Shown here: piece after piece, positions 1 through 13,000 of the stretch
How positions within the stretch are numbered: the stretch's first letter is position 1
Layout of the letters: each line of letters begins with the position of its first letter
Assembly (NCBI GenBank): GCA_021735655.1
Contig: JAIPGM010000001.1
Coordinates: 160,001 to 224,000, forward strand
Length of the DNA: 64,000 bases
Reading direction: 5' to 3'
From: Candidatus Omnitrophota bacterium
GTDB lineage: Bacteria; Omnitrophota; Gorgyraeia; Duberdicusellales; 4484-171
Program-made: the position numbers and the translations under genes
Notes under the pieces: generated by a model
Told to the model about the DNA's origin: nothing
The model's database searches: none
What the model saw: the letters and a program-made list of their open reading frames with translations, nothing else

Positions 1-63
1 ACTAATACTTTACTTGGGCAATGGCGAGCTCAAGGAGCCACAGTTAGTGAGCTTTCAGTAGGG

Positions 64-1035
64 GTGGCCAATCTTAAAGAAAGCTGGTATGTAGTAAATC
101 GAGAAAGTGGTGTCACCTATGTTTTAAGACGAGTCCAAGGCAAGACTCGCCTTAATCATTATTTGGCGATGTTGAAATATTTGGGTGTGCCGCGTGAAAA
201 AATATTTGTCCGAGATTTTAAAACTGCTTACCGAACTATTTATCAGAATAATTTAGCTGATTTAGCCGGCAAGCTCACCCAGTGTGTATTTAGTTTTAAT
301 CTCACTGAACGCTTGGAAGATCTTCAGGCAGTTTATCCGGCAGCAACCGTAAGGGAAGTTCAGGTTGATGGTTTTCATCATGCGGTTATTACCTTTAGCC
401 GAGATAACCAAATTCTTTTAATTGATCTTAGTGATGCCTACGGAAGTCAAATTGCTCAAGTTCTTGACTTTGTAGTTAGCCCTCTCGAACAAGGTGGCTT
501 AGCTATAGAAAGAGTTTTATTTTTAGGAGCCTGTGGAGCAGTAGCTGATAATATTGCTTTAAATGATGCAGTTATAATGCAGGGTTTAATTGATGATGAT
601 CCTCAGGCAGTTGGTTTTCCGGTTAACCAAGTTGACGCTGATCGACTTTTTAGCTATTTAAATTTAAGTTATGAAGATTTTAACGACATGATTCATACAG
701 TAGGCGCTCGGGGAGCGCATTCTGAAGGTTTATGTTGTCAGACCACTGCTAATCTTGCTGATTGGCAAGCTCGCGGAGCTGATTTTGTTGAAATGGAGCT
801 ATTGCCTATTATTGAAGTATTAAGAAATTACTGGCATGTTCAGTTGGAAGTAATTCTCCAAGTTACCGATCTTTTAGGCCGTGAGAAAGAATATCAATTG
901 GGTCAAGGGGTGCCAGCTGCCGCTGAAGCTAGGAGAGCAGCTCGTTTCCGAAAGGCGATTGCTTTATATTTAGTTGGTAATTTAAAGCCAAAAGTTACTG
1001 TAAATGCTAGTCGAAACTTTAGCCTTGACGCTGTT
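64..1035 (+). other. Module 0: nucleoside phosphorylase / MTA-nucleosidase-like (PNP_UDP_1 fold) domain
   Basis: RVLFLGACGAV...NDAVI resembles the Gly-rich loop of the family. ADFVEMELLPIIEV resembles the conserved EME motif of MTA/SAH nucleosidases. Confidence 0.4.
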
Positions 1036-4000
1036 CCTTTGGATAACGGAAAAAGCGAAAAAACTAGTCCAATCGTGCGAGCTCCGCCTTTAGATAATGG
1101 CAAGCAAAGCAAATCTCACCCGGCAGTAATTAGCGAATATGAGGTTTCACGGTTTGTGGCTAAAATAGCTCAAACCCGTCGTCAGGAGATGAGGGTAAAT
1201 ATTCGCTCTAGCTTAGGCCTTGAGTCTTTTATTAGTTTAGTTAAGGGGGAGCGTCTTGAAGCCCTTAGAGAAAAAGTTATAAATTTACATCAATCCGGTG
1301 TTAGGAAGATAGTTTTGATGAACGCTACTGAATCTGGTGGTGGCGTTGCCGAGATGATGCATGATATTGTTTCAGTTATGTGCAGCGCTGGAATGGCTGC
1401 TGAGTGGGTTGTTATGGATGGCCACAGTGCTTTCTTTAATGTAACTGTGCATATTCATGAAGGACTTCAGTCGCCAGCCAAGGAAGATATTTCTTTAGAG
1501 GAAATAGCTTTGTTTGACGAAGCCAGTATCGGAAATTTTGAACGCCTTGAGCAGGATGGTTACTTTGATGGACTTGATTTATTTTTTGCCGAAGACCCTC
1601 AGATAGTCGGTCTAATACCATTGATCAGGGCTTTTTATCCAGAGGTTCATCTTGCTTGGCGTTGTCATATTGACACCTCTACTCCTAATCGTCAAATTGC
1701 CGAATTTGTTAGCGATATGGTTAGCGGCCGTCTTGATCCAGTACGGGATAAATTACTCTATGACTATCTTTTAAAGCGTTTAATGAGAGAGGGTATGATT
1801 GGAGCAGCAGTTGATTTTGAACAAATGATGCAGGCTAATTCCCTTTCGGTTAATCTTGCCCAAGTTGCGACTAGAAGATTGTTGGCCGATATAGCTATTT
1901 ATCACACCGAAGAATTTGCTTTAGGATTACATCTCCAAACTAAAGGCGTGCCAACCTTTATTATGCCTCCGGCAATTAACCCTTTTAGTTATAAAAATAT
2001 TCCCCTAGCTGATAATTTTATTCGGGCAACTATGGTTAAATATGGTTTAGATCCCAATAAATTTACGGTTGTTGAAATATCACGTTTCGATCCTTTTAAG
2101 GGGCCGCTGGAGGCCATTCAGGCTTTTGTGCGTTTATTTTTGGATAATCCGGGATTGCAGAATGATTTACAATTTGTTTATGCCGGAAATATGGCTGACG
2201 ATAACCCTAAGGGAAAACGCGATTTTGAAAAGATCGATGCCTATTCTCGCTATCTTAGAAAGAAATTTCCTAAACTTAGGAAAGCCTTGTTTTTGCTCGG
2301 TCTTGGGAATAAACCCGGGACAGTAGCCTTAAATTGGGCCCAGAGACGCAGCTTGCGTGTTGGTGGTCAGTTTGCTCGGCCATTTTCTCGGAAAGAGATA
2401 GGTCGACTCAACGGTGTTGAGATAAATGCTCTTGAGGTTAATGCTTTACAGCAACAACTTGAGATGGAAAAAAGAGACGGTAGGTTAGTTATTTCTTTAC
2501 CGCGTAAAATAGCAATACAGCCTTCATCAAAAGAAGGTTTTGGCTTAGTGGCGGCTGAGGCTACCGGAAAAGGTACTCTGGTTATCGCTTCTTTGATCGG
2601 TGGCCTTAAAGCGCAATTAAAGGATTTGCTTGCGCAAGCTTCTTGGTTGGGCATTAACTATACGCCGGAGGAAATTAGTCAATCTTTAGAGGTGTATGAC
2701 TCAATGGATTCTGATCAGCATAGAGGTGTTGTTTTCGATGTGGCTTATTTGGAAAGAATTAATTTATATCAACGGCTTAATCAACGAGAATTCGTTTTGG
2801 GTTTAGCTACCTCTCTGCGGGTGGCTTACGAACTGGCTCATAAAAATCCAGATGTCTATCGAGAGCTCGGTTTAGCTGCACGTTGCCAGACTTTAGATAA
2901 GTTTATTACTCTAGCTAATGTTGAGAACCGCTTAGCCGCCGCTTCCTTGATTGTTGATAATCAGCAGCCCTTGGATAATGGTAAGCCAGAAGTTCCGATG
3001 CCTTCTTCTTATTGGATCGATCATAGCCTTCTTCATGAAATTGATAATGTTTGGGCTAACTTGGATTGGATTAATCCCGGGCCAAGTTTAAGCATAGCTC
3101 GCCAGATTGAGAAAAATTTTAAGCCAGCACAAGAGCCAGGTTTTTTAAGAGTTAGCATAGATGCCTTTGGTCCGCTTAACGGATTTAAAAATCAAGTATT
3201 AGCTGAACATGAGCAGTATTTTGATTCCGAGGTTTATAAAGATTATCGAGCTGGCATAATTCATGCTATTGATAATCTTTGGCAACACGGCGGAAAGTAC
3301 GGTGCCTTATTTTTGATGGCTCAGCTTAGAGGACGAACCGTACGCTTTACTTATTGTTTGCTAGATCGCGGTGATGGTTTTATTAATGACGATTACAACC
3401 ATGTTCGTTTAGAAGAAGCCGTTCAGGCACATAGAACATTTAAACGAGCCGGCAAGAATGGTATGGGCCTTTATTATATGGCGATAAAGCCGGATTATTT
3501 TTCAATCACCGCGGTTAATTGCTACCGGGCTGTTGCCACAACTCAAGCTCACTATTGGGAAACTGGCTACACTAAAGAATGGCCGTTTTGCCCGCAACAA
3601 ACTCCGGTTAACAAGGGGGTGCGGGTGATTTCGGTAAAGGATGTAGCTTTAGGCCTTTTGCCATTTTCGAATATGCAGCCGTTAGATAATGGCCGTCGAA
3701 CTGATGAAGAACGCCTGGATTTTATCGGATTTTTAGTTGAGTCATATTTAGAGGCTTTATTTACTTTCCGGAGGTTAAGAGCAAATAACAGCGAAGTAGC
3801 CGAGATGTATCTGCCAGCAATTTCCGAAACTGCCGTTAGAAAGAAACGAGCCAAATGGGTAGTTACAGCTGTTGAGGTTGCCCGTGAGGCATTTCAGGTT
3901 ATGGCTCGAGCTGATTTTCGACATTCATCCGGCTTAACCATTCGTTCAATCTTTGATTCAATTTTGGCTTCTGGCGGTCGCAACCAAGCAGCTAATGATC

Positions 4001-7000
4001 TAGGAGTCGATCGCGCTAGCCTTACTCGCTGGATGCATAGCTTACCTAATGATTTATTAGGTGGGTTAGATCCAGAATTAGCAGTCTTCAAACAAAGAAT
4101 CCTTGATTTATTTGATGAAAACAATACTCGACCCCTAGACAACGGTAAAGAAAATATAGATTTATTAGCGGTTACAGCAGTTAAAAGAGAGGACACCTCA
4201 CCGTGGCTGGCGGGCCCTCTCTCTGCTGTAGCCCCTATATATATAGGTAAACAGCAGGGGCCGCTAGATAACGGCCGAGCGCCTTTGGATAATGGCCAGC
4301 CAGCTAACTTTTGGAAAGTTTTGCATTCTGGTATATACGTACTTCCGATATATTACACTCGACTTTTCGATACAGCTAAAGACGCAGGAATTGGAAAATA
4401 TACTTATGTAGTGCCGTTTGTTCGTGATCATGTATTGTCTTTAGGCCATCAAGCGATACTTTTCTTACCGTTTTCTTTGCAGTTACCTTGGTCGCAATCT
4501 CCTTATGATGCGGCTGATTGGCGTTATTTTAATACTGATTATATTGATTGGGGGCTTATCCCTGAGGCTCAACCTTTTCTAGGTAAGTTCGATTATTACG
4601 GTCATTCACAGCGTAGCGTTGATTTTCGATCAATCCGGCCACGTGAATTATTAATCGGAAAGGCCGCCTTTCTTAATCTCAGAGACAATCGAGAAAAACA
4701 ATACCGCCAGCGCTGGGAAGATTTTCAAAGGTTTGTTAACAATCAGCGAAGTAGAGGGCCGGAGTGGGATTTAACCCATCTTGGTCATTACCGGGCCTTC
4801 AATGATGTCTTGGGTAATGATTTTGGTTTATGGGTTCATGAAGGGATGTATTGCCCTAGGCAGGATACCCATCCAGATGTTATCAAGTACAACGTTGCTG
4901 AGCAAAATAAAAATATGCAATATTCAGATTTAATTCAGTTCTATCAATACCAGCAATGGATTGCTTTCGGCCAGGCTCGCGATATGCTTGAAGGTTTGCG
5001 CAATATTGGTGTCTTTTATCTTTTAGATAATCCTTTCTTTCATGCTAAGGGTGGTATTAATTTTTGGACCCAAAACATCATTTCAAGAGATAGGCATTAT
5101 GAATTTTTTGATCGTTCACCCGGTGTACCCGGAATCGGTAGTGACCCTGAACAATTCTGGACATCTTTGGTTCCTTGGAATTGGCCTAGATTAAGAGAGT
5201 TGGACTATGAACCTTTCTTAAACCCTTATCATTATTATTTAGGTGATTTGGGCGCTCAGGGAGTTCGGGCTGATGCTATTCATTTTCTTTTTCCTTGGAT
5301 TCATTGGGAACGCGGTCCTTATGCTGCTAATTTTCAGAGTTGGGAGTCCCCGGGTCATGATTTACTTTGGAGATTAGACAACGTTTTTAATTCTTATGGA
5401 GCTTTCAGGCTTGGCGAGTTACTTGGCCCGGGTTTTGAAAGTATTCAGAGAATGGGCTTTGATAATTATCACTGGCATTTCTATCGGATGTGGAAATGGG
5501 GTGGCGGACCTGATTTAAATCCGGGTTGGAACGCAAAAGCTTTAGAGTTACATGATGGGCCGCGGGTTTGTGTTGACCATGAACACGGGTTCTATCCTTA
5601 TGCCGGACACGCTTATTTACGGCATCGTTTGGAGGGCCCGGGCGGTCTAAAAGAATTAAATAGTCGTTTCCTTTTAGGCAGTTCGGATATAGCTATGGTT
5701 TATGCCGGAGATGAAGTAGCCGACAACTGGTGGATAAATAACCCTAATCTGCCTGAGTGGATGATGGATCGTAATTGGGCCACTCGAATGCCAATGCAGG
5801 GCGATCAGGATTTTGATCTTTCAGTAGCCTTGTCCATGCTTGAGCATCGCCGTTGGATTGGCCAGCGTCTAATTGAGCGGACGCCTTTGGATAATGGTAA
5901 GCAAGAGTTTAATCATCTTAGCTTGGTTGAATCTAACGGTGAACAAAAGTTATACTCAGCCAGTAGTTTAGTAATATCTCAAAGGGGAGTCTATTTAAGC
6001 CCGACATCAACCGGGCCGAAAGAGGTAATTTCTCAGATTCAACTTAGCCCAAGCGGAATTAAAGTTTCCGGGGAGTTAACTAGCCAGGAGCCAAAATCCC
6101 GGCCAATAGATTATCGTCACTCTTATGAAATTAACTTTTATTTTGAAAAATTAGCTAAAGCCTATGGCCGCGGTTTGTTTGTCGGTATCAATGACGTACA
6201 GCTTTGGATTCGTCTTAGCCAGGCTTTGGGTGATTTTTTATGGGGCGTTTTGCGTCTTGAAACAGGGATTTTTGATATTCCCGATAGAAAATTACGACGC
6301 CTGGTGATTCAGGAAGCGCTTTATCATGAGGTGATGACTAGTGCCTTGGGGCTTTCAGTGGCTAATCGCGGCTTGCGTGAGTTTTTTGCAACCATTTTAA
6401 GTGTCAGCCATTTTTGCTATCTTAGCGAGATAGCTAAAGATCAGGATAAGCTTAATTATCGTTTAGGGATTCTGCAAGCTCTTGATCGGGGTTTAATCCA
6501 GATGAGTGATTCACTGGCTGGGCTATACCGTCAAATTGCCGAGTCTGGCAGTTTACCTGATCCAGCAACCTTGGTAAAAGCAGTTATAACCCATATTAAT
6601 GAAGAAGAACGATACCATAGTGACCGGCGTTCATTTAGGGATTATGTTCGAACTAAGTCCGAGAATTTTAGCGGACGCTTTACAGTCGGAAATCTTACCC
6701 AGGCGGTATTAAATGATTCAGCTTTACAGTTAGAGTTACAGGCAGAGTGGACAAATTTCTTGGGATTTTTAGCTAATTCACAAACCGTAGCCCGTGCCTG
6801 GCAGCCGAAAATTAAATTTATAAGAGGTCCGCGGGGCATAAAGGTTATTAATCCCCAAGGCGTACCGGATCAAGGCGGCTATCAATTCCAGCTGCAAAGT
6901 TTCCGGGCAATTTTTGACTGTTTGGGTTTGCCTAATCCGCTTAGTGAGCCAGCTGCCCTAAATAGATATTTAGGTTTTCTGCCTGAGCCTCCTGAGTATG

Positions 7001-10000
7001 ACTCCCAAGCCGTAAATTTACCGGAGTTAAACATCAGTCAAATTTTACCCGGAGTAGCTGTTGTTTATCCGGATAGTTTGGAAGCTAATCAATTAGCGGT
7101 AAGGCGAGCTTTGTATGAATTGATGAATTTTCGGGTTTGGAAGTTAGCCGTTGAAATACGTGGCGCCTTAGGTACAGAAGATGCTTTGTTTTTTGATCAG
7201 CATTGTCAGGTACATTCCTTTGTTGATGTAGCCCAAGGGTGGATGTTAGATTTAAATCCCCAAAGCCCGATAGTCTATGATGATGTTTTACCCGGCGGCC
7301 AAGCTTACGAAGCGCCGGAGCAGCCGGATTTAGCCGAACATGAGCGATTGCATCAAAAGGCTCAGGCAGTTTTTTCAAAAGTTTGGGCAATCACTATGAA
7401 CAGGTTCTTGCGGGATCAGCGGATGTTTGGCGGTGAAGCCGTGGGTTTAGTTGGCTTTACTACAACCGTACCAATATTATATCGTTACATACAGCAATGT
7501 AAGCATTCTGAGCCGGAATACTCACTACAGCGACCTTTGAATAATGGCCTAGGCATACTTCAATATTTACAATCTTTACGTCGTAGCCAGGAAACCGAGG
7601 CTGCTAGAAGGGTTAGTCTAGACCAAGGCTTTGGGCAATTAAAAAGTTTATTAGTTGAAAAATTACAGTCGATTGATTCAACCACTTTAAGCATTGCAAA
7701 TCTTGATCAGGCTTTGAATGAAGATAGCCAGGCGATATTTTTAACCTTAGAGCAATTAAGAGAGGCACGCTTTCAGGCTGAGAGCTTTCGTAATGGGCAG
7801 GTAAGTATGTGTGATCTTGCTAGCCTAGCTTTGGCCGCTGCCAGCGAAGAAGTTTTTGGCCAGAGACACTTAGTTAAAATAGTTGTTGGCTATTATCGGG
7901 TTGATGAGCAGCTATATAAAAAACATTATTGGGTTGTGATTGATGAAACATTGTTGATTGATATAACTTATGGTCAGTTTGATCCGGACCATCTCAATCG
8001 TATTTTAGTTGCTACAGTAGATGATTACTTGAGATTAAAATTAGAATATGGTACAGAGTTAGAGCCGCTTGATAATGGAAAACAAACTCAAGTTCAGCCT
8101 ACTTGTTTAGAGGCTAGGTGGTGGAATAATTATTATCCCGGGGTTATCGAAGGAACTGGAATAAGGCCGACTGCCCGCTCACTTAGCTTTGAGCAGATCG
8201 AAGAAGTGGTTTGTCTATTACTTCTCGATCAAGCCGGCCAGGAATTGGTAGCTAAAATAATAAATAGAGAACTGCCCGATGTATATCCTTCGGTTCGAAG
8301 AACCGCTCTTAAAGCTATGGTCAGGTTCGATCATTACGAACTTTTTGGCCCGAAGATAATTACTTGTTTGCAGGATGTAGTCAGAGATGGAGCTGAGATG
8401 TATCAGCCTTTTGCTCTTTATGCTTTGGCTCAGACCCCGGCTTTTAATGGCCCGGTTGCCAATAGATTTGCCGAGGAAGCACTTAAGGGGACCCTTAAAC
8501 CAAGCCCAAGAAAGCCTACCGCAGCCGAAAAAACTGCCTTACAGGAAGGGTTAGAGCCAAATACTCAAGCGATTAGATTTAAATCCCGGCTTGCTTCAGT
8601 TGAATATTTAAAAGGAGTTTTAGCTCAACGTCAAGGTTGGGCTCGGGTTTGCCTCGGAACAGTACCACATTTTAGTCGGGTTAGCAATCGCGCTTTAATC
8701 AATAAATTTGCTGCTCAGGTATTAGCAGCTGATAAAAAGCTTTCTTCTAGTTCAGCTCAGCGACGCCAGAAAGATAAGTCAGAATTTTGGGGTCTTGAGC
8801 AAGCTGAGTTTATTCATCCAGCTACTGGCCATGAAGCTTTGGTTGAGCTGGCCAATGATCCGGAGTTATCATCTAGTGATGAAAGTCCTTTGGTTGATCA
8901 AATACTACATCAGATGGAGGAATTAGGTTATGTGCCGATATTGCGACCCAGTAAATTTCAGCTTACTGAGCCAGCTCAAGGTCAGGAAGCTGAAATTGAT
9001 CGCGAGGCGCTTTGGACCAAGGATGCTGTTTTGATGATTTCTACTAAATTCGGAATAGTTCCGGTTTCTTCAGCATTAGCCAATCTTAAGGGCGGTGAGT
9101 TCGTCAGTGGCTATGGTAAGCGCGGCAGCTTTATGATTATTCCGGCAGCCGCTCTAAATTCAAAACAGCAGCTATCTGATATAATTCCCGAGGTTCCGAT
9201 TCATGTATTTCCTTCGGGATTTTTGGTGATCAATGATCAGGGCGTAATTCGTTTAAGAGGAACCTCGCATATTGACACTTCTTTAGGAGCAATTCCGATT
9301 ATGGCCCGGCCAGAATCAGGCCAGTTGATGTTAATCGATCCTTTGTTGCATCAGGTTGCCCGTACACACCCTCGCTATCGCGATCACTATCAATCAGTAG
9401 TTCAAGAAGATGGAGTGCGTTTTATTGATGTGCCCGAGCCTGAACGTCATTTAAATCCTGCTAATTTTGGTATTCTTCCCGGTGGAGAAATATTTATGCC
9501 TTATGCGCCGCGGACTAAACAAGTTTTAATTGAGGCTGGGGTTAATGAGCAGTATATAATAATGTTACCAAGTGAATTTAATAAGTATTTACCAACCCTT
9601 CATGTTTTGGCGGGGAGTATTGGCTGTTTAGTGGCCCAAGCTTTTCATCCGGTTGAGAAGCGAGAGCCGCTCGACAATGGCCATGAAAAAGAAAAACGGC
9701 AAACTAGATCCCGAGCAATAGATATATCAACCAAAGGTGCTGAAGATTTATTGTTTACTGAGCTTCAAACAGGGAGTTTAGTTAGTTTAGTGGTTGATGG
9801 CCTTGAGTATTGGCTTAGCCTTGACCAGGGCGATGAAGTTTGGTTTGATTTATATCGGCCTAAAGATGATATCATTGGCTATATTTATTTTCGAAATGAC
9901 GCAATGCCAGCCAGAAAAATAGCCAATTTTGGCGGCCCGAGCATTGTTCCGGCTTACCGGGGCAGGCATTTGTCGCGAGTTCTTTATTTTGTTTATTTTC

Positions 10001-13000
10001 GTTATCTTTGGCGCAATAATTATATCCCTGAAGAAGACTGTTTGACTATCGATGATCGATTGGCCCTAAAGCTTTATCATGAAGCTAAAAAGTTTTATTA
10101 CGATCAAGACCATACCTTTACTCCGTTTCAGATTATTCCCCGAGCCGAAAAGACTAAAGCTGCAAAACCTTTAGATAATGGCCACGATATGGTTCAAAAA
10201 CAATTATTTGAGTTAATTAAGCGTAAGTCAGATTCGATTAAAACTTTCTTAGAGCCGTTTGAAGCTTGCCTTGCTTACAATGGAGTGTTAGCTTTGCTGA
10301 TTCGAGGAAGGCCTGACTTGAGCGTTAAATTTTTGCTTAAGAAGATTGGCTCGGCTGAGCATTGGTTTTTACTGGCTGAAACTGTTTTAGGAAATCATCA
10401 GTTTGTGGTTGATATTTCGCCGCAAGGAAAGATGTTTACCGATATTGAGGTGCTGGTTGTAGATTGTGCTGAAGCCGGAAAAATAAATTATCTATATGAA
10501 GATTATACTGTAGTTAGCGATCAAGAAACCGAAAACTTATTGCGAGCCTTAGCAAGACAAAAAGGGATGAATGAGTTCTTGCATTTAGTTCATCAATTAC
10601 CAGAAGAAAAATGGATAGGTAGGTTACCGGATAGTGACCAGTCGATGCCACTTGATAATGGTAAATTAATCAATGAAGGTTCAGAAAGTTCTTTTTCCGA
10701 TATAACTAATTCGATGCGGGTGACTTTTGTTATGCCGATGTACAATGAACAGCAACGCTTACTTCCCAAGACTTCTGATAATCCCTATGGTGAAGATGCT
10801 TTAAGGGTTAAAGTAAGTCAATTTAGAGAACTCGAGCAAGAAAATCCTAATTTCCAGTGGCGGCTAATTGCCGTAGATGACGGAACTCCCGGGTTTGCTT
10901 CAGCCAAATGCCTTGAGCAGATTTTGGCTGAGATTGATGCCCAGAATCGGGAATTTAATATCTATTCTAAAGTTTTCGTAGTGGTGATAACTGAACAAGA
11001 AAAGAAACTCCTAGGCAGCCGAAAGGGTGGAGCGGTTTTGCGTGGCTTTCAAGAGGCCCTAAGCCACGGTTGGGCTGATTATATCGGGATTACTGATACT
11101 GATATTTCCAGTAATGTTAACCAAACTAAAGATTTGATTTTGGCTCTTCGCAAAGGTGCTGGAGTAGCCATTGGTTCACGCCGCCAAAGCGGGGCCGAAG
11201 CTCGCGGCATACCGCTTTTAGGGAGAGTTAGCACAGTTATTTATAATTGGTGCATTCGTTTGATTTTGTGGCCGCTTTTTTCAATTCGTGATACCCAGCG
11301 CGGTTTTAAACTTTTTCAAAAAGAAGTAATTGTCAGAATATTACCCTATGCTCGCGATCACCATCTTTCTTTTGATACTGAACTGTTACTTTTGTCGCGT
11401 TTAGCCGGATACCAAATAGCTGAGGTGCCGATTGTCTGGATTGATTCAGCTGAGGCAACTACTTTGGTTATGTCTAAAGATGCTCCAGCGATGCTCTGGC
11501 GAGTGATTAAACAAGCCCGCCATATTTTTAATAATCCTTTTCGCGGCCAAAAGCCGCTCGATAACGGCCGAAAAATAAATCTATCAGTTAGAATGCTCAG
11601 AAAAGCTAGATTAATTACTGTTCATGTTGATGCTGGAGATTGTCCAGCCGCCTTAGCTAGCGCGATTGATAAATTAGTTTCGGGTTTAGGGCAAATCCAA
11701 GTAAGCCGTAGTAATATTGTCTTAAACACCGCCCATCAGAATAGCCCTATGGATATTGTTTCGTCGGTAGGCTCTCTCTCAACTGAACAGATAACAACTT
11801 TATTTCCTGAAGCTGTTTTTCTGATTGCTGGCGGCAATGTGTTTAAATGCTTAAGAAATCTAGTTGAGTCATTGGCTGTCGGCTCAGTGAACAAGCGAAC
11901 TGTTAGGATTTTTGTTCTTTACGATTATACCTATGGCCAAGGCTCTAATTATAGCCCTGAGCAATTAGCCGGTGAATATTATGATTATTTTAGCGATATG
12001 CTTTCAGTCTATAGTGATAGGTTTAATCTAGCTGTATTTTATCTTGCTCAGAATCAATTCGAGCAGGAAATTTACGGTAAAAATTTATCCGGGCCCAATT
12101 TATCTTTAGCAATTATTGAAAAAGAAGCTTTAGCTAGTCAAGTACCTTTAGATAATGGGCGTAGTCTTGGGGAGTTAACTGCCGAAGGCTACAACTTAAA
12201 GTTTCTAGCCCGCAGTTCTGATTTAAGAATGACTGCCCATTGCCGAAGAGATGTAAGTTTTAATAGTTATCTTTATGATTATCGCCTGGATCCAGAGCAT
12301 ACTTATCGTCAAGCCCAATTAGTTCCTTTAGTTGCTCGATCGGTTAAGGAAAATGCTTTTAGAAAGTCTTCTGATTGGCAATACTTGCCGCAGCATTTGA
12401 AAGATTTATACGATTCCGGTAAAGTTTTGATGATTGCTTCCCGAGCCCAAGCTAAAGCTAAGCCTAGCCGGTATTCAGCCTTAGTAATTTCTGGCAGGAC
12501 TGAGGCTTTTAGCGGCCGGATGGGTATTTTACTCTATGACAATCGGCCGATCATTGTTTCAATTTTAGATAAGCCTTTTTTCATTGAAGCTAAAGGAATC
12601 GGGGTTGCTCAAGGAGGTTTTAGCTCAGTGCATCGGCGCTCGGGCCATAGATATGAAGTTACCGGGGCTCAGCGTTGGCAAGCTTCCTTAAAAGAATTTA
12701 CCAGTTTAGAGCTTGAGCGAAAAATCAGCCGATTTTTTGGAACAGCTGATACCCCACGCGCCTTAGCGGCGATAGTCTATAAATATCCTCAAATGGATCA
12801 GTTAATTAGTGATAGCCTAACTAGCCAGGCTGAGCGAAGAGAAGCTAAAGAGCAGTTAGGCGATAGTTTAGGGATAATGTTGCGGCTTTCGCCTTCGAGC
12901 CGCCGCTTTGCTTATAATTTAGAACAGCGTCACATTAGAATGCTTGGTGAAGCTTCAGCCCGCCTGCTTTGTTCTTATCTTCCCCGAGTGCATACTTCGC

